From: Ignavibacteriota bacterium
GTDB lineage: Bacteria > Bacteroidota > Ignavibacteria > UBA10030
DNA: 64,000 bases
Direction: 5' to 3'
Assembly: GCA_963701295.1 (NCBI GenBank)
Contig: OY969585.1
Location: 1,664,001 to 1,728,000, forward strand
The translations under genes and the position numbers were made by a program. A model generated the notes under the pieces. That model had not been told where the DNA came from and ran no database searches. It saw nothing but the letters and a program-made list of their open reading frames with translations. Positions 18,654-30,347 of this stretch are shown here, one piece after another. Numbering within the stretch: position 1 is the first letter of the stretch; each line of letters opens with the position of its first letter.

Positions 18654-21066
18654 ATGAAAAACGACAGGAAAATAGAGCACGAATTGATTGCAGAGTTAGA
18701 ATCTGCCTATCAAAAAGTATATGAAATGGAAGCGCTGCTGAAGGAACATGGGCACAAAGAAGGAGGTGAAACGGAACGCCCCCAGACTATGAGTGATGTG
18801 CGAGATTCCGAAATCCGCTACCGGCGGCTCTTCGAAGCTGCTAAGGACGGTATTCTGATTCTCGACGCCGACTCAGGCGCAATCACCGATGCGAATCCTT
18901 TCATCAGGGAAATTCTCGGATATTCACCACAGGACTTGATAGGAAAACGATTGTGGGAAATCGGTGCATTCTTTGATGTCGTAGCCAGTAAAGCTGCGTT
19001 TGAAGAATTACAGCGGAAGGAATATATACGCTACGAGAATCTGCCGTTACAGACCAAAGATGGACAGTTGCGTGAAGTGGAATTCATCAGCAATGTCTAT
19101 GAAGTCGACTTAAAAAAAGTTATCCAATGCAATATTCGTAATATAACCAAGCGCAGAGAAGCAGAAAAGGCTCTAAAGGAATCTGAGATTCGTTACCGGC
19201 GCCTGTTTGAATCGGCGAAGGATGGCATTCTGATTCTCGATGCAGAAACCGGCAAGATTATCGACGCCAACCCATATCTCCTGAAAATTCTGGACTATTC
19301 TCATGAAGAAGTGGTAGGAAAGGAATTGAGGGAAATTGGGCCCTTCGAGAATATTATTGCAAACCAGGATATTTTTCGAAAGTTGCAGGATCATGAATAT
19401 GTTCACTATGAGCATTTCCTTCTTCAAAACAAAGAAGGTGTAACTATTCATGTGGAGTTCGTGAGTAACTTTTACTATGTGAACGAGCGTAAAGTTATCC
19501 AATGTAATATTCGTGATATCACAGAGCGCCTGAATGCAGAGAAAGCATTGAATGAGAGTGAGGAGCGCTATCGGTGCCTAGTGGAGTTTTCTCCAGATGC
19601 CATTATGGTGCACAGCTATAATAAGATTGTATACGTCAATCCTGTTGCCATCAGACTCCTCGGAGCACACTATGCATCGGAACTACTGGGTAAGCCAGTT
19701 TTCGATATCGTTCACCCGGATTATAAAGAATCTGTGCGTCGTCGGGTTACGACAGGAATAATTGGTCATAAGACTTTGCCATTGATGGAGGAAAAATTTC
19801 TCCGGTTGGATGGATCTACTATTGATGTCGAAGTAGCTGCTCTACCAATTGAGTACGATGGGATGCCCGCCATGCCGGATATTGTACGTGACATCACGGA
19901 AAAAAAGAAACTTCAACAGGAACTGCTCCAATCGCAGAAAATGCAGAGTATCGGCACAGTTGCAGGCGGTATTGCCCACGACTTCAATAATATCCTCGGT
20001 ATTATCCTTGGATACACATTGTTGATTGAGAAGAGTAAATTTAATGCTCAGAAGCTGTCCGAAGGCATTACGGCTATTAATCTTGCAGTCAAACGAGGTG
20101 CGGCGCTTTGTCCGTCAGATTTTAACGTTTGCGCGGAAAACGGACATTTCGTTCGAACCGTTAGATCTTGCAGATTTACTCCAAGAGCTTTTTTCCATGC
20201 TCGAACAAACTTTCCCCGAGATTATCACCTTCAAGAAAATCTTTCCAACGAACATTCCATTCATTCTCGCTGATCGTACACAGATTCATCAAGCGCTGTT
20301 AAACCTTTGCGTCAATGCTCGAGATGCCATGCCCGATGGTGGATCTATTATCATCCAGGTAGAGAAGCAAACTGGAAAACAATTGAAAGAACAATTCCCA
20401 GCTGCCGATCAAAATTTGTATGTCTGCATCAGTGTGACTGATACAGGAGAAGGCATGAATGAAGCAACACGTTGTAGAGTATTTGACCCATTTTTTACAA
20501 CAAAGCCAAAAGGAAAAGGAACAGGCCTCGGTTTGTCTGTTGTCTATGGTATTGCACAAGCACATCAAGGTTTCATCAACGTGGAGAGTGAATTGGGACA
20601 TGGAACTACCTTCCGACTGTACTTCCCGATTCCGAACATAAGCAAGACACCAGACGATTCTCCACAAGCAGAACCTTTTGAGATTGGCGGTACAGAAACA
20701 ATTCTACTTGTGGAAGATGAAGAACTTCTCCTCGAGATGATGCGTGTCTTGCTTGAATCCAAAGGGTACAAAGTATTTGTTGCACACGATGGCGCGGAGG
20801 CGATCGAAATGTACAAAAAACACATGCAGGAAATCGCCCTTGTGCTTACTGATATGGGTCTCCCTATGATGACAGGAATCGAAGAGTATGAAAAACTCAA
20901 AGAGATAGATCCGGGTGTCAAGGTAATTTTGGTCAGCGGATTTTTTGAACCGGAGGAGAAATTTGAACTCCTGAAAGCCGGAGCGAAGGGCTTTCTCCAA
21001 AAACCATATATGTCGGATGAAGTTCTTCGGGCACTCCGCGAAGTACTGGACAAAAAAAGTATATAA
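18654..21066 (+). pseudogene. PAS x3 - HisKA - HATPase - REC hybrid histidine kinase, split by one extra T near 20108 (probable sequencing error)
   Basis: Tandem SEIRYRRLFE.AKDGILILDA PAS repeats; AHDFNN H-box; [30 protein letters not shown]; C-terminal REC. Confidence 0.85.
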
Positions 21067-21101
21067 GGATATTCGATGCAATGCCCATCTGCGTGGCGAT
21101 T

Positions 21102-21259
21102 GAGGCTGTTCAGAACGTCGAGAAAAAGTCATTGCGAGAGGATCCCGAACGACAAAGTCGTTCGGGAGACGAAGCAATCTGCAATCCTAAGCGGAAAAAA
21201 AAGTGAGATTGCTTCGCTTTGCTCGCAATGACACGAACAAGAACTTTATGAACAGCCTC
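21102..21259. mobile_element. Non-autonomous palindromic element (MITE/REP-like) with terminal inverted repeats
   Basis: gaggctgttcagaa / ttatgaacagcctc (13/14 IR); gtcattgcgag...cgaagcaatct...agattgcttcg...ctcgcaatgac arms; cccgaacgacaaagtcgttcggg hairpin. Confidence 0.75.
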
Positions 21260-21306
21260 TATAAATAATTGTTGGTATGGATGAATAATCTTTATTAAAC
21301 CTCTCT

Positions 21307-21930
21307 ATGTTTATTATCTATCTTCTTGAAGGATTTGCAATAGGATTCTTACTCGCAATGCCGGTAGGGCCCATCGGAGTTCTCTGTGTCCGGCGCACTC
21401 TCACATACGGCAACTATCATGGGTTTATTGCCGGACTCAGCGGCGCCTCGGCAGATGTTATCTATGCTCTTGTCGCAGCTTTCGGCATCACGCTGATCTC
21501 AGATTTCGTCACGGGATTTCAACACTGGATTCGACTTGCAGGCGGGGTCCTGCTTTTATTTTTGGGTCTTTACATCTTCCGTTCCCATCCAACTGAACAT
21601 GCCGCACCCAAGCAATTAAATGAACATACGAAGGTATTTATCTCGACGTTCCTTCTCGCCCTGACGAATCCTATGACGCTGTTTGCTTATGCGGCAGTCT
21701 TTTCAGGTGTTAGAAACGGGCATATCGGTAACAATCGAATTTTCCTTCCACTGCTCGTTGCCGGTGTTTTCTTCGGTTCGTTATCCTGGTTTTCGTTACT
21801 CACGAGTTTGACATATTTTTTCAAGAAGAGCATCACAAGTAGTGGACTTACCATCGTTAACAGAATCGCTGGCTGTCTGCTGATGTTCTTTGGCGTTATT
21901 GCTATCTGGATCGGTGCGAATAGGCTCTAG
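21307..21930 (+). CDS. LysE-family translocator
   Basis: AMPVGPIGVLCVRRTL; ADVIYA; LALTNPMT; six hydrophobic segments. Confidence 0.85.
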   Translation: MFIIYLLEGFAIGFLLAMPVGPIGVLCVRRTLTYGNYHGFIAGLSGASADVIYALVAAFGITLISDFVTGFQHWIRLAGGVLLLFLGLYIFRSHPTEHAAPKQLNEHTKVFISTFLLALTNPMTLFAYAAVFSGVRNGHIGNNRIFLPLLVAGVFFGSLSWFSLLTSLTYFFKKSITSSGLTIVNRIAGCLLMFFGVIAIWIGANRL

Positions 21931-22276
21931 AGTATGGTACATGGAACTATACAATTCCGTCATGGAAAAACCTGTATACTCAAAGCCATGTAACAGGTTG
22001 AATAACAAAAGCGAGCAAACCTGTACATTGCTATTCACTCAGTGGTTTGTTACTTTAACGCCTATAGTGTCATGGCTCTCTACCAAAAGGGGTTGGATAA
22101 AAGAGTATGTACATAAGGAACAGTTTTAATGGGTTGTTGTCAGTTCTTCTACCGTATGTGTTTAATAAAAATCCAACATCTGTAAAATCTTTTTTCCACA
22201 TCACTCAGTTTTCTTATACTTTTAAAATTTTCATCCTGATAAGCACAGAGCAATTTGCAATCCAGGACTAGCGAGC

Positions 22277-25162
22277 ATGAAATTTGAAAAATATTTCATA
22301 CTTATATTCCTCGGTGTATTGATTTTGTTCGCTGTAGCGTTGTACACCATCTATTCTGGTGTCAAGGAGCAAACAATTCAGGACTTGAATATCGGCCAGA
22401 CGATTCACGCCCAACAAGCTGCAGCTGGGATTAGAGACTACATGACGAATGTAATTAGCACGCTGAATTTCCTCTCTCGGTTCCCAGAAATTATCGAACT
22501 GAATGCTCAGGGCAAACGTATCTTGATAAATTACCAAAACCTGAATTCCGATGAAATAAAAAGTATTACGCGCGTCAATGCACGAGGGAAGATCATCTAC
22601 ACGGTTCCTTTAAAAGAATCAATTGGGAAAGATATCTCGAATCAGGATCATATTCGTCTCAGCATGAAGATGCGCCAAATTGTCGTCAGTGATGTTTTCA
22701 TGGCAGTTCAGGGATTTAGAACAGTTGCTATACATGTTCCTGTGTTCAAGAATGGGACGTATGATGGAACTATAGCGTTTCTTTTATCTTTTGACAAGAT
22801 TGCACAAAAATATATCGAAAACATCCGCATCGGAACAAATGGATATGCTTGGGTTGTTAGTGAGAAAGGGATTGAGATTTCCTCTCCCTTCCCTGGTCAT
22901 ATCGGAAGAAATGTTTACGATACTTACAAGGAATTCCCTGAAATCATTTCTATGGTTGGTGAAATGCTCAAAGGGAAAGAAGGAATCACAGCATACCATT
23001 ATAATAGAATCCAGGATACATCTGATGAAAAAATTCTTAAGCATGCAGTCTATTTGCCTATTTCCTTCGGTAATACCTTCTGGTCTATCGTAATTGCCAC
23101 ACCAGAAGACGAGGTTATTGCCTCCCTATCGGGATTTAAAACAAATCTATTTTTGATAACCATCGCTTTGTTAATGATTTGTGTGATTTGTATGTATCTC
23201 ATTGTCAGATTTCAAGTAATTACTGGAGAACAAATAAAACGGGAAGTCGTTTTGAGTGCCCTTCAGGAAAGTGAAGCTCATTATCGCTATCTATTCGAAC
23301 AAAACCCTATGCCTATGTTGATTTACGAGTTAGGCAGTCTTATTATCCTTGCAGTAAACGATGCATTCGTAGCACACTACGGTTACAGCAAGACTGAAGC
23401 ATCAACGCTACATCTCACCGATCTTTACCCAGAATCTGAAAAGAAAGCTATTGCTGATCTCATTAAGACTTTGCATGGACACGCCTATGTTGGAGAATGG
23501 CATCATCTGAAAAAGGATGGAACATTGATAACGATAGAACCCCGTTCACATGGATTTTCTTATGAAGGACGTGCGGCGCGTATTGCTGTTATTAACGATA
23601 TTACCGAACGCAAAATGATGGAAGAAGCAGTTCAGGAAAGGGAGCGGCAGATTTCTTTGATTTACGATACGGTCGGGGATGTCATATTCAATCTGAAAGT
23701 GGAAAAGGATGGAAGTTACTCCTTTGCGTCTGTCAACCAGTGTTTTCTCTCGACTACAGGGTTGCAGGCTAACCAAATAATAGGAAGACGATTACAGGAT
23801 ATTATTCCGGAGCCGTCCTCGTCGCTAGCGCTGGCGAAATATGCAGAAGCAATTCGAGAGAAAAGGATAGTACGATGGGAGGAGACTTCAGAGTATCCGA
23901 CGGGGCAGTTGATCGGGGAGGTGAGTATTGCCCCAGTGTTTGATGATTCGAACAACTGTGTCGGTCTGGTTGGCTCAGTCCATGATATTACAGGGCGCAA
24001 GCGGATGGAGGAAGCATTACGACAAAGTGAACAGCGATACAAACAACTTCTCGAATCTATCACCGATTATACCTACTCTGTTGAGATTCAAAATGGTCGT
24101 CCTATGAAAACCGTTCACGGATTCGGATGCGAAAAAGTTACGGGGTATACACCTGACGACTACTCAGTTATTCCAAAGCTCTGGCTTCAAATGGTACATC
24201 CTGACGATCAGAAAGTAGTGGAGCATTATGCAGATCCTCTCTGTGAAGGAAAAGAAATTCCAGCTCTTGAGCACCGTATTATTCATAAAAACGGATCGAT
24301 TATTTGGGTTAGAAATACATATGTATTGAAGCATGATGCAAACGGGAAGGTTGTAGGATACGACGGACTTATATCTGATATAACAGAACGTAAACAGGCT
24401 GAAGAAGAAATCCGCAGACTTAATGCTGAACTTGAAGACCGCGTGGTCAAACGTACCGCTCAACTTGAAGCAGCGAACAAAGAACTCGAAGCATTTTCCT
24501 ACTCTGTCTCCCATGATTTGCGTGCACCATTGCGGCATGCAAGCGGCTATGTCGATCTGCTTGTGAAGAAGTGTAAATCCGATCTCTCAGAAAAAGGCCA
24601 GCATTATCTAAGCTCTATCGCAGATTCTGTTCATCAGATGGGTGTCCTCATTGACGACCTGTTGCAATTCTCAAAGACCGGACGAATCGAGATGCGTCAG
24701 TCGGTTTCGGACATGAATGTAATACTTGGAGAAGTCATGGAATCTCTGCGACATGACAATTCTAACCGCATGATCAAATGGATTATCGGCAAATTACCAT
24801 CTGTGTTTTGCGATAGTTCAATGCTGAAGCTAGTATGGGTGAATCTGTTGAGTAATGCTGTCAAGTTCACACGCACAAGGGAAAACGCCAGGATAGAAAT
24901 TGGAGTTCAAGAAGAGGAGAAGGAATTCATTTTTTATGTGCGAGACAATGGAGTAGGATTTGATATGCAGTACGCACAAAAGTTGTTTGGAGTTTTCCAG
25001 CGCCTCCACTCCATGGATGAATTTGAAGGAACCGGTATTGGACTTGCTAATGTGCGCCGTATTATATCACGTCACGAAGGGCGCACATGGGCTAAAGCTG
25101 AGCTGGATAAAGGAGCAACATTCTATTTCACATTGCCAAATTATAAGGAGAAGAAGCTGTGA
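22277..25162 (+). CDS. Cache plus multi-PAS sensor histidine kinase
   Basis: Two TM helices flank a Cache-like region; three PAS domains; ELEAFSYSVSHDLRAPLR; NLLSNAVKFT; DNGVGF; GTGIGLA. Confidence 0.9.
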   Translation: MKFEKYFILIFLGVLILFAVALYTIYSGVKEQTIQDLNIGQTIHAQQAAAGIRDYMTNVISTLNFLSRFPEIIELNAQGKRILINYQNLNSDEIKSITRVNARGKIIYTVPLKESIGKDISNQDHIRLSMKMRQIVVSDVFMAVQGFRTVAIHVPVFKNGTYDGTIAFLLSFDKIAQKYIENIRIGTNGYAWVVSEKGIEISSPFPGHIGRNVYDTYKEFPEIISMVGEMLKGKEGITAYHYNRIQDTSDEKILKHAVYLPISFGNTFWSIVIATPEDEVIASLSGFKTNLFLITIALLMICVICMYLIVRFQVITGEQIKREVVLSALQESEAHYRYLFEQNPMPMLIYELGSLIILAVNDAFVAHYGYSKTEASTLHLTDLYPESEKKAIADLIKTLHGHAYVGEWHHLKKDGTLITIEPRSHGFSYEGRAARIAVINDITERKMMEEAVQERERQISLIYDTVGDVIFNLKVEKDGSYSFASVNQCFLSTTGLQANQIIGRRLQDIIPEPSSSLALAKYAEAIREKRIVRWEETSEYPTGQLIGEVSIAPVFDDSNNCVGLVGSVHDITGRKRMEEALRQSEQRYKQLLESITDYTYSVEIQNGRPMKTVHGFGCEKVTGYTPDDYSVIPKLWLQMVHPDDQKVVEHYADPLCEGKEIPALEHRIIHKNGSIIWVRNTYVLKHDANGKVVGYDGLISDITERKQAEEEIRRLNAELEDRVVKRTAQLEAANKELEAFSYSVSHDLRAPLRHASGYVDLLVKKCKSDLSEKGQHYLSSIADSVHQMGVLIDDLLQFSKTGRIEMRQSVSDMNVILGEVMESLRHDNSNRMIKWIIGKLPSVFCDSSMLKLVWVNLLSNAVKFTRTRENARIEIGVQEEEKEFIFYVRDNGVGFDMQYAQKLFGVFQRLHSMDEFEGTGIGLANVRRIISRHEGRTWAKAELDKGATFYFTLPNYKEKKL

Positions 25163-25602
25163 ACGATTTAAGAACAATATTGCTTGTCGAAGACAATCCA
25201 AAGGATGTCGAATTGACTCTTGAAGCGCTGTCTGAACATAATCTTGCGAACCAAGTAACCGTCGCAAAAGATGGTGTGGAAGCAATGGAATTTCTCCGCT
25301 GTGAAGGGAAGTACAAACTGCGCAAACAAGGGAATCCTGCAGTATTGTTGCTTGATATCAAGATGCCCCGGATGGATGGCATTGAAGTGCTAAAAGCTAT
25401 TCGAAGTGATCCTATGCTGAAAACTCTCCCGGTAGTTATGCTTACATCCTCTCGCGAGGAACCGGACTTAAAAAAAAGTTATGAACTGGGAGCTAATGCT
25501 TATGTAGTCAAGCCGGTCGATTTCCAAGATTTTATTGAAGCAGTGAAGCAGGTTGGCGTGTTTTGGGCGGTTATTAATGAGGTTCCGCCAGAGAGGGTGT
25601 AA
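25159..25602 (+). CDS. Single-domain response regulator (Rcp1-like)
   Basis: ILLVEDN; LLDIKMPRMDG; LTSSREE.DL...Y.LGANAYVVKP; GTGA-type overlap with the upstream kinase stop region. Confidence 0.9.
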   Translation: MNDLRTILLVEDNPKDVELTLEALSEHNLANQVTVAKDGVEAMEFLRCEGKYKLRKQGNPAVLLLDIKMPRMDGIEVLKAIRSDPMLKTLPVVMLTSSREEPDLKKSYELGANAYVVKPVDFQDFIEAVKQVGVFWAVINEVPPERV

Positions 25603-25606
25603 GCAA

Positions 25607-28600
25607 ATGAAAAAGAAAACTATTGATAAGACATCGTTAAAAGTCCTGTACCTTGAAGACTCTCCTCGAGATGTTGAGATCATACGAGAGTTACTGACAG
25701 AAGCAGGATATGATCTCAGTATGGATTGTACTGAGGGAAAAAAGGAATTTACCTCTATACTTCATAGCCGTACGTATGATGTCATTTTAAGTGATTTCAA
25801 ATTACCCGAATTCGATGCGTTCGGGGCATTGAAGTTAGTCATGGATATCTGCCCGGATGTTCCCTTCATCTGTGTCTCCGGATCTATCGGTGAAGAAACT
25901 GCCATTGAACTTATAAAGGAGGGAGCTGTCGATTACGTCTTAAAGGATCGTATGGTAAGACTTCCTTTAGCTATTCAACGGGCACTTGATGAAGTAAGAG
26001 AAAGAAAATCACGACTTGGGGCGGAGGAGGATTTAAGAAAAATCGAGCAATACAATAAAATCATCACCGAGATGACCACGGATTATGTTTTTATTGTTGA
26101 CGTCGATTACCAACACAATCTCAAACTACGCTGGATTTCAAAGAACCTTGTCCAAATAACTGGAAGAACAACCAGCGATGCCGTGACTTCTGATCTTTGG
26201 AAACAAATCATACACCCTGAAGATGTCGGATATTTCTTCAAATTCATTGAACAGATACTTACTACTACTAAATCAGGAGAGATAGAGTGTCGAAGCATCA
26301 CAAAATTCGGTACAGAACGATGGGTACATGTATTCGCCAAACCAGAAACCGATGAGCATAACCGAGTCATTACGATTATTGGTGCAGTCAAAGAAATCAC
26401 TGAACGCAAGCGGTCAGAGGAGGCATTACGGAAAAGTGCCGAACAATACCACATAACTTTTGAGAATACCGGAACGGCAACTGTTATTATTGAAGAAGAT
26501 GCTACGTTGAGTCTCGTGAATACGGAATTTGAACACTTGTCAGGGTATTCGAAAGATGAAATTGAAGGAAAGAAAAAATGGACAGAATTTGTCCTGAAAG
26601 AAGATTTGGAATACATGATCACACAACATAAATTGCGAAGAGAAAGAGCTGAAGCTGCAAAAAAACAATACGAATTTAGATTTGTTGACCGGTTTGGTAC
26701 AATTCACAATATCCTGCTGTTCATCGATGTTATAAAAGAAACAAAAAAGAGTATTGCTTCACTCCTGGATATCACTGAGCGCAAGAAGGTGGAAGAAGAA
26801 TTCAAATTCAGTAATATCCTTCTATCCACCCAGCAGGAAGTCTCCTTAGACGGCATCCTTGTGGTCGATGAAAGCAGTAAGATTCTATCGTATAATCAAC
26901 AGTTTGTTAAAATGTGGGATATTCCCCCTGAAGTAATAGAGACACGATCTGATGAGATTGTCTTGAAGGTGACGTTGAAAAAGTTGGAAAACCCTCAACG
27001 ATTTCTTGAAAAAGTTAATTATCTCTATGCCCACAAAAATGAGACTAGTCGGGATGAGATTGTCTTAAAAGATGGCCGGATATTTGAGCGCTACTCTGCA
27101 CCCATGCTGGGAGCAGATGTAAAGTATTATGGTCGGGTGTGGAACTTTCGCGACATTACCAAGCGCAAAAAGGCAGAAGAAGCTCTGCTTGAGAGTATGG
27201 CGAAATATCGAACCCTGGTAACACAAAGTCCGGATGGAATTTTCATTGTGGATTTATCTGGTGCTTTTTTATCCGTCAATAAAGCTATGTGTGATAACCT
27301 CAAATATTCCGAGGAAGAATTTCTTTCTTTGAAGATATGGGATATTGTGCCTCAACAATACTTGCCGCTTCATAAGAATAGATTAGCGGCTATAATAAGA
27401 GGAGAAAGTAAAAAAGACACTGCAGAATATGAAGTAAAAGGAAAAGACGGAATTGTACATTTCATCGAAGTCCTATCAGCACCTTATTATAAGGACAAAG
27501 AAATAATTGGATTTCAAGGTATTGCCCGCGACATCACTGAACGCAAGCGTGCAGAGGAGGCAGTTCGGCAGTCCGAAGAAAAATTTCGAATGGTGTTCGA
27601 AAATGTATTTGACGGAATTTGTATCTACAGCGAAGATCCTGATCCCTATAAAAGAAGACTCATTGAGTGTAATGAACGGTACGCCGCTCTGGCAGGCCGA
27701 AGTCGCGAGGAACTACTTCAGCTTGGAAGCACACAAGAACTCCAGAAAACGCTTGAAGCCAAGGCAAATGACAATCGCGTAGAATCCTTGGCTAAGGGAA
27801 AGGCATATCAGGGCTCCTTTTCGTGGATTCGACCAGATGGAAAGGATAATATTATAGAGTTTGTGGGTGTTCCGATCACTTGGCAGGGAAAGTCACTCTC
27901 GATTGGCATTGATCGCGACATCACCGAGCGGAAACAAATGGAAGAGGGGCTGCGCCAAATGCAAAAGTTGGAAGGATTAGGAACACTTGCCGGAGGGATT
28001 GCGCATGATTTCAACAATATTCTAGGAATTATACTGGCATATATCACAAGCATCAAGCGGTTTAAAGGTGATACAAAGAAATTAGAACTCGCTATTGATA
28101 CTATCACAAAAGCTGTGGATCGAGGTAAAACACTTGTTCAACAGATATTAACCTTTGCAAGAAAAACGGAAACAGAATATGGAGCGGTGAATGTAAATGA
28201 TGTTGTCATGGAAATTATGACTATGGTCTTTGAAACTTTTCCTAAAATCCTTACCTATACACAAAATTTCGATAAGAGTATTACGTTTATCAATGCCGAT
28301 CGTTCCCAGTTGTATCAGGCACTGTTGAACCTTTGTGTGAATGCACGGGATGCGATGACGAGGGGCGGTGTTCTTACCATCAATACACGTATGGTGTCTG
28401 GAGCAAGTCTGCGTAATCAGCATCCGGATGCTGCTGCGAGCAGTTATGTCTGTATTGAAGTGAGTGATACAGGGGAAGGGATGACCGAAGAGATACGAAA
28501 GAGAATTTTTGAGCCGTTTTTCACCACGAAGGGAATAGGAAAAGGAACCGGATTAGGATTATCTGTGGTGTTCGGAGTTGTTCAAACCCATAAAGGATTT

Positions 28601-29089
28601 ATTGATGTAGAAAGCGAACTTGGTAAGGGAACGACCTTCCGCTTGTATCTGCCCGCTTCGCAAGCAATAGAGTCAGTCATTGAAAAAGAGGAAGAAACGT
28701 TGGAAGAGATTCCGGGCGGAACAGAAACGTTGTTGGTGGTGGAGGATGAAGAGACACTGTTGCTGTTTCTCCAGACTGCGCTTGTGGATAAAGGATACAA
28801 GGTTCTTTCTGCTAAGGATGGACTAACGGCATTGAGAATCTATCAAGAGAGAAAGAACGATATCTCACTTGTGTTGACCGATCTCGGATTGCCTAGTATG
28901 ACCGGATTGGAAGTGTGTCAACATATCAAAGCAATCGATCCGCATGAACACATGATCCTAGCGACAGGGTTTCTAGATCCGGATATGAAATCAGAATTTC
29001 TGAAAGCGGGGATACAGCATTTTCTCTATAAACCGTATGATTTCAAGAAAGTTCTGAAAGTGGTACGGGAAGTGTTGGATGAGAAATGA
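25607..29089 (+). CDS. REC - PAS x5 - HisKA - HATPase - REC hybrid histidine kinase
   Basis: N-terminal REC (LEDS, SDFKLP); repeated DITERK PAC ends; AHDFNN; GTGLGL; C-terminal REC. Confidence 0.9.
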   Translation: MKKKTIDKTSLKVLYLEDSPRDVEIIRELLTEAGYDLSMDCTEGKKEFTSILHSRTYDVILSDFKLPEFDAFGALKLVMDICPDVPFICVSGSIGEETAIELIKEGAVDYVLKDRMVRLPLAIQRALDEVRERKSRLGAEEDLRKIEQYNKIITEMTTDYVFIVDVDYQHNLKLRWISKNLVQITGRTTSDAVTSDLWKQIIHPEDVGYFFKFIEQILTTTKSGEIECRSITKFGTERWVHVFAKPETDEHNRVITIIGAVKEITERKRSEEALRKSAEQYHITFENTGTATVIIEEDATLSLVNTEFEHLSGYSKDEIEGKKKWTEFVLKEDLEYMITQHKLRRERAEAAKKQYEFRFVDRFGTIHNILLFIDVIKETKKSIASLLDITERKKVEEEFKFSNILLSTQQEVSLDGILVVDESSKILSYNQQFVKMWDIPPEVIETRSDEIVLKVTLKKLENPQRFLEKVNYLYAHKNETSRDEIVLKDGRIFERYSAPMLGADVKYYGRVWNFRDITKRKKAEEALLESMAKYRTLVTQSPDGIFIVDLSGAFLSVNKAMCDNLKYSEEEFLSLKIWDIVPQQYLPLHKNRLAAIIRGESKKDTAEYEVKGKDGIVHFIEVLSAPYYKDKEIIGFQGIARDITERKRAEEAVRQSEEKFRMVFENVFDGICIYSEDPDPYKRRLIECNERYAALAGRSREELLQLGSTQELQKTLEAKANDNRVESLAKGKAYQGSFSWIRPDGKDNIIEFVGVPITWQGKSLSIGIDRDITERKQMEEGLRQMQKLEGLGTLAGGIAHDFNNILGIILAYITSIKRFKGDTKKLELAIDTITKAVDRGKTLVQQILTFARKTETEYGAVNVNDVVMEIMTMVFETFPKILTYTQNFDKSITFINADRSQLYQALLNLCVNARDAMTRGGVLTINTRMVSGASLRNQHPDAAASSYVCIEVSDTGEGMTEEIRKRIFEPFFTTKGIGKGTGLGLSVVFGVVQTHKGFIDVESELGKGTTFRLYLPASQAIESVIEKEEETLEEIPGGTETLLVVEDEETLLLFLQTALVDKGYKVLSAKDGLTALRIYQERKNDISLVLTDLGLPSMTGLEVCQHIKAIDPHEHMILATGFLDPDMKSEFLKAGIQHFLYKPYDFKKVLKVVREVLDEK

Positions 29090-29163
29090 ATAACTGTCAT
29101 AGTGCCGTCAGGATTTACGTCCTGGCAGTAAGTAGGGCAGACGAAGCGAGCTTAAGAATAGGG

Positions 29164-29187
29164 GTGTCAGAAAGGAATTCCTGACAC
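29164..29187. terminator. Hairpin between convergent genes
   Basis: gtgtcag-aaaggaattc-ctgacac. Confidence 0.45.
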
Positions 29188-29210
29188 TACAAAAATAGAA
29201 ATATATCTGT

Positions 29211-29921
29211 TTATTTGTGGTGAGTCTTCTCCTTGCTGAATCGTAGATGAACAAAGTCTATGATCCTCTGTTTATAGATGTATCCGAGGACAAACAATAT
29301 ACTTGCGATAACAGAAACGATGACGGCGATGAGGTATTCGCTCGATTGTATCTCCGCACCGATAAAGGAAGACCCAATCATAGCGGGAGTGCGTGCAAAA
29401 GTTATGATGATGAAGAATAGAACAGGCTTGATCGGAGTGAGTCCGGCGATATACACAAGAATATCCTTGGGAATGCCGGGTATGAGGAACAAGAGAAATA
29501 TGGTTGTTTCGAGTTTTGGACTATTCATCAAGGCGCTGAATTTTTCAAGTTCTTTCTCGGAAACAAATTTCTTAACAAGAGGAAAACCAAAAAGCTTCAC
29601 ACTTGAAAAAACAATGATATACCCGACCGTTATGCCAATGGTAGAATAGACTGTGCCCAAGATAGTTCCGAATATATATCCTCCCGCGATCTGCACTGGT
29701 TCTCCCGGTATGACTGCTATCACCACTTGAAGCACCTGGAAAAGCATGAATACCACAGCGCTCCAAGGACCGAATGATAACAGGTATTCTCTGAATTTAT
29801 GAGGGTCACTGACCAACCTTGTCAGCTCTGGCCCGAAACGGATCGTTACATAGACAATCGCTCCCACAAACAGAGAAGCGAGAATAATATTGAGAGCAAT
29901 AAGAGGTCTCAATTTTCCCAT
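29211..29921 (-). CDS. TVP38/TMEM64 (DedA/VTT, SNARE-associated) membrane protein
   Basis: QVLQVVIAVIPGEPVQIAGGYIFG; FLIPGIPKDILVYIAGLT. Confidence 0.85.
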   Translation of the reverse strand: MGKLRPLIALNIILASLFVGAIVYVTIRFGPELTRLVSDPHKFREYLLSFGPWSAVVFMLFQVLQVVIAVIPGEPVQIAGGYIFGTILGTVYSTIGITVGYIIVFSSVKLFGFPLVKKFVSEKELEKFSALMNSPKLETTIFLLFLIPGIPKDILVYIAGLTPIKPVLFFIIITFARTPAMIGSSFIGAEIQSSEYLIAVIVSVIASILFVLGYIYKQRIIDFVHLRFSKEKTHHK

Positions 29922-30028
29922 AGTACTTCTTTCACCTCATTATTGGAACTATCCCCATGACTATCAAAAGAATAGTCAGATACAGATTCTCTTTTTTATA
30001 ATGCATCCAGCAATTGCCGAATACGCAA

Positions 30029-30226
30029 TCATTTTTTCTCGGACTTATCGTCGATCTGCTTCACTTCTTTATCGACTTCTTCCTGTATATCGCGTGCTGC
30101 CTTTCGGAACTCTCGAATACCCTGGCCAAGTCCTTTCATTATTTCTGGAAGTTTCTTAGGGCCAAAGAAAATAATGATAATCAATAAAATGAGGAATAAT
30201 TCTGGGCCGCCAATATTTCCAAACAT
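30029..30226 (-). CDS. tatA: Twin-arginine translocase TatA/E
   Basis: MFGNIGGPEL...FFGPKKLPEI.KGLGQGIREFRKA. Confidence 0.9.
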   Translation of the reverse strand: MFGNIGGPELFLILLIIIIFFGPKKLPEIMKGLGQGIREFRKAARDIQEEVDKEVKQIDDKSEKK

Positions 30227-30347
30227 GATGCTTCTCCTTTATTGTAATAATAATTTCGTACAAGCTATATATGAAAATTTGAGAGTCAATGAAACAATAT
30301 CAATGTATATTTTCATGGGTCATCTCGAGAGAATAATATAACTCACA

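Noticed and set aside
18678-19560. Internal repeat in the PAS kinase as a mobile or recent duplication
   Set aside because: Ordinary tandem PAS-domain duplication with many synonymous differences.
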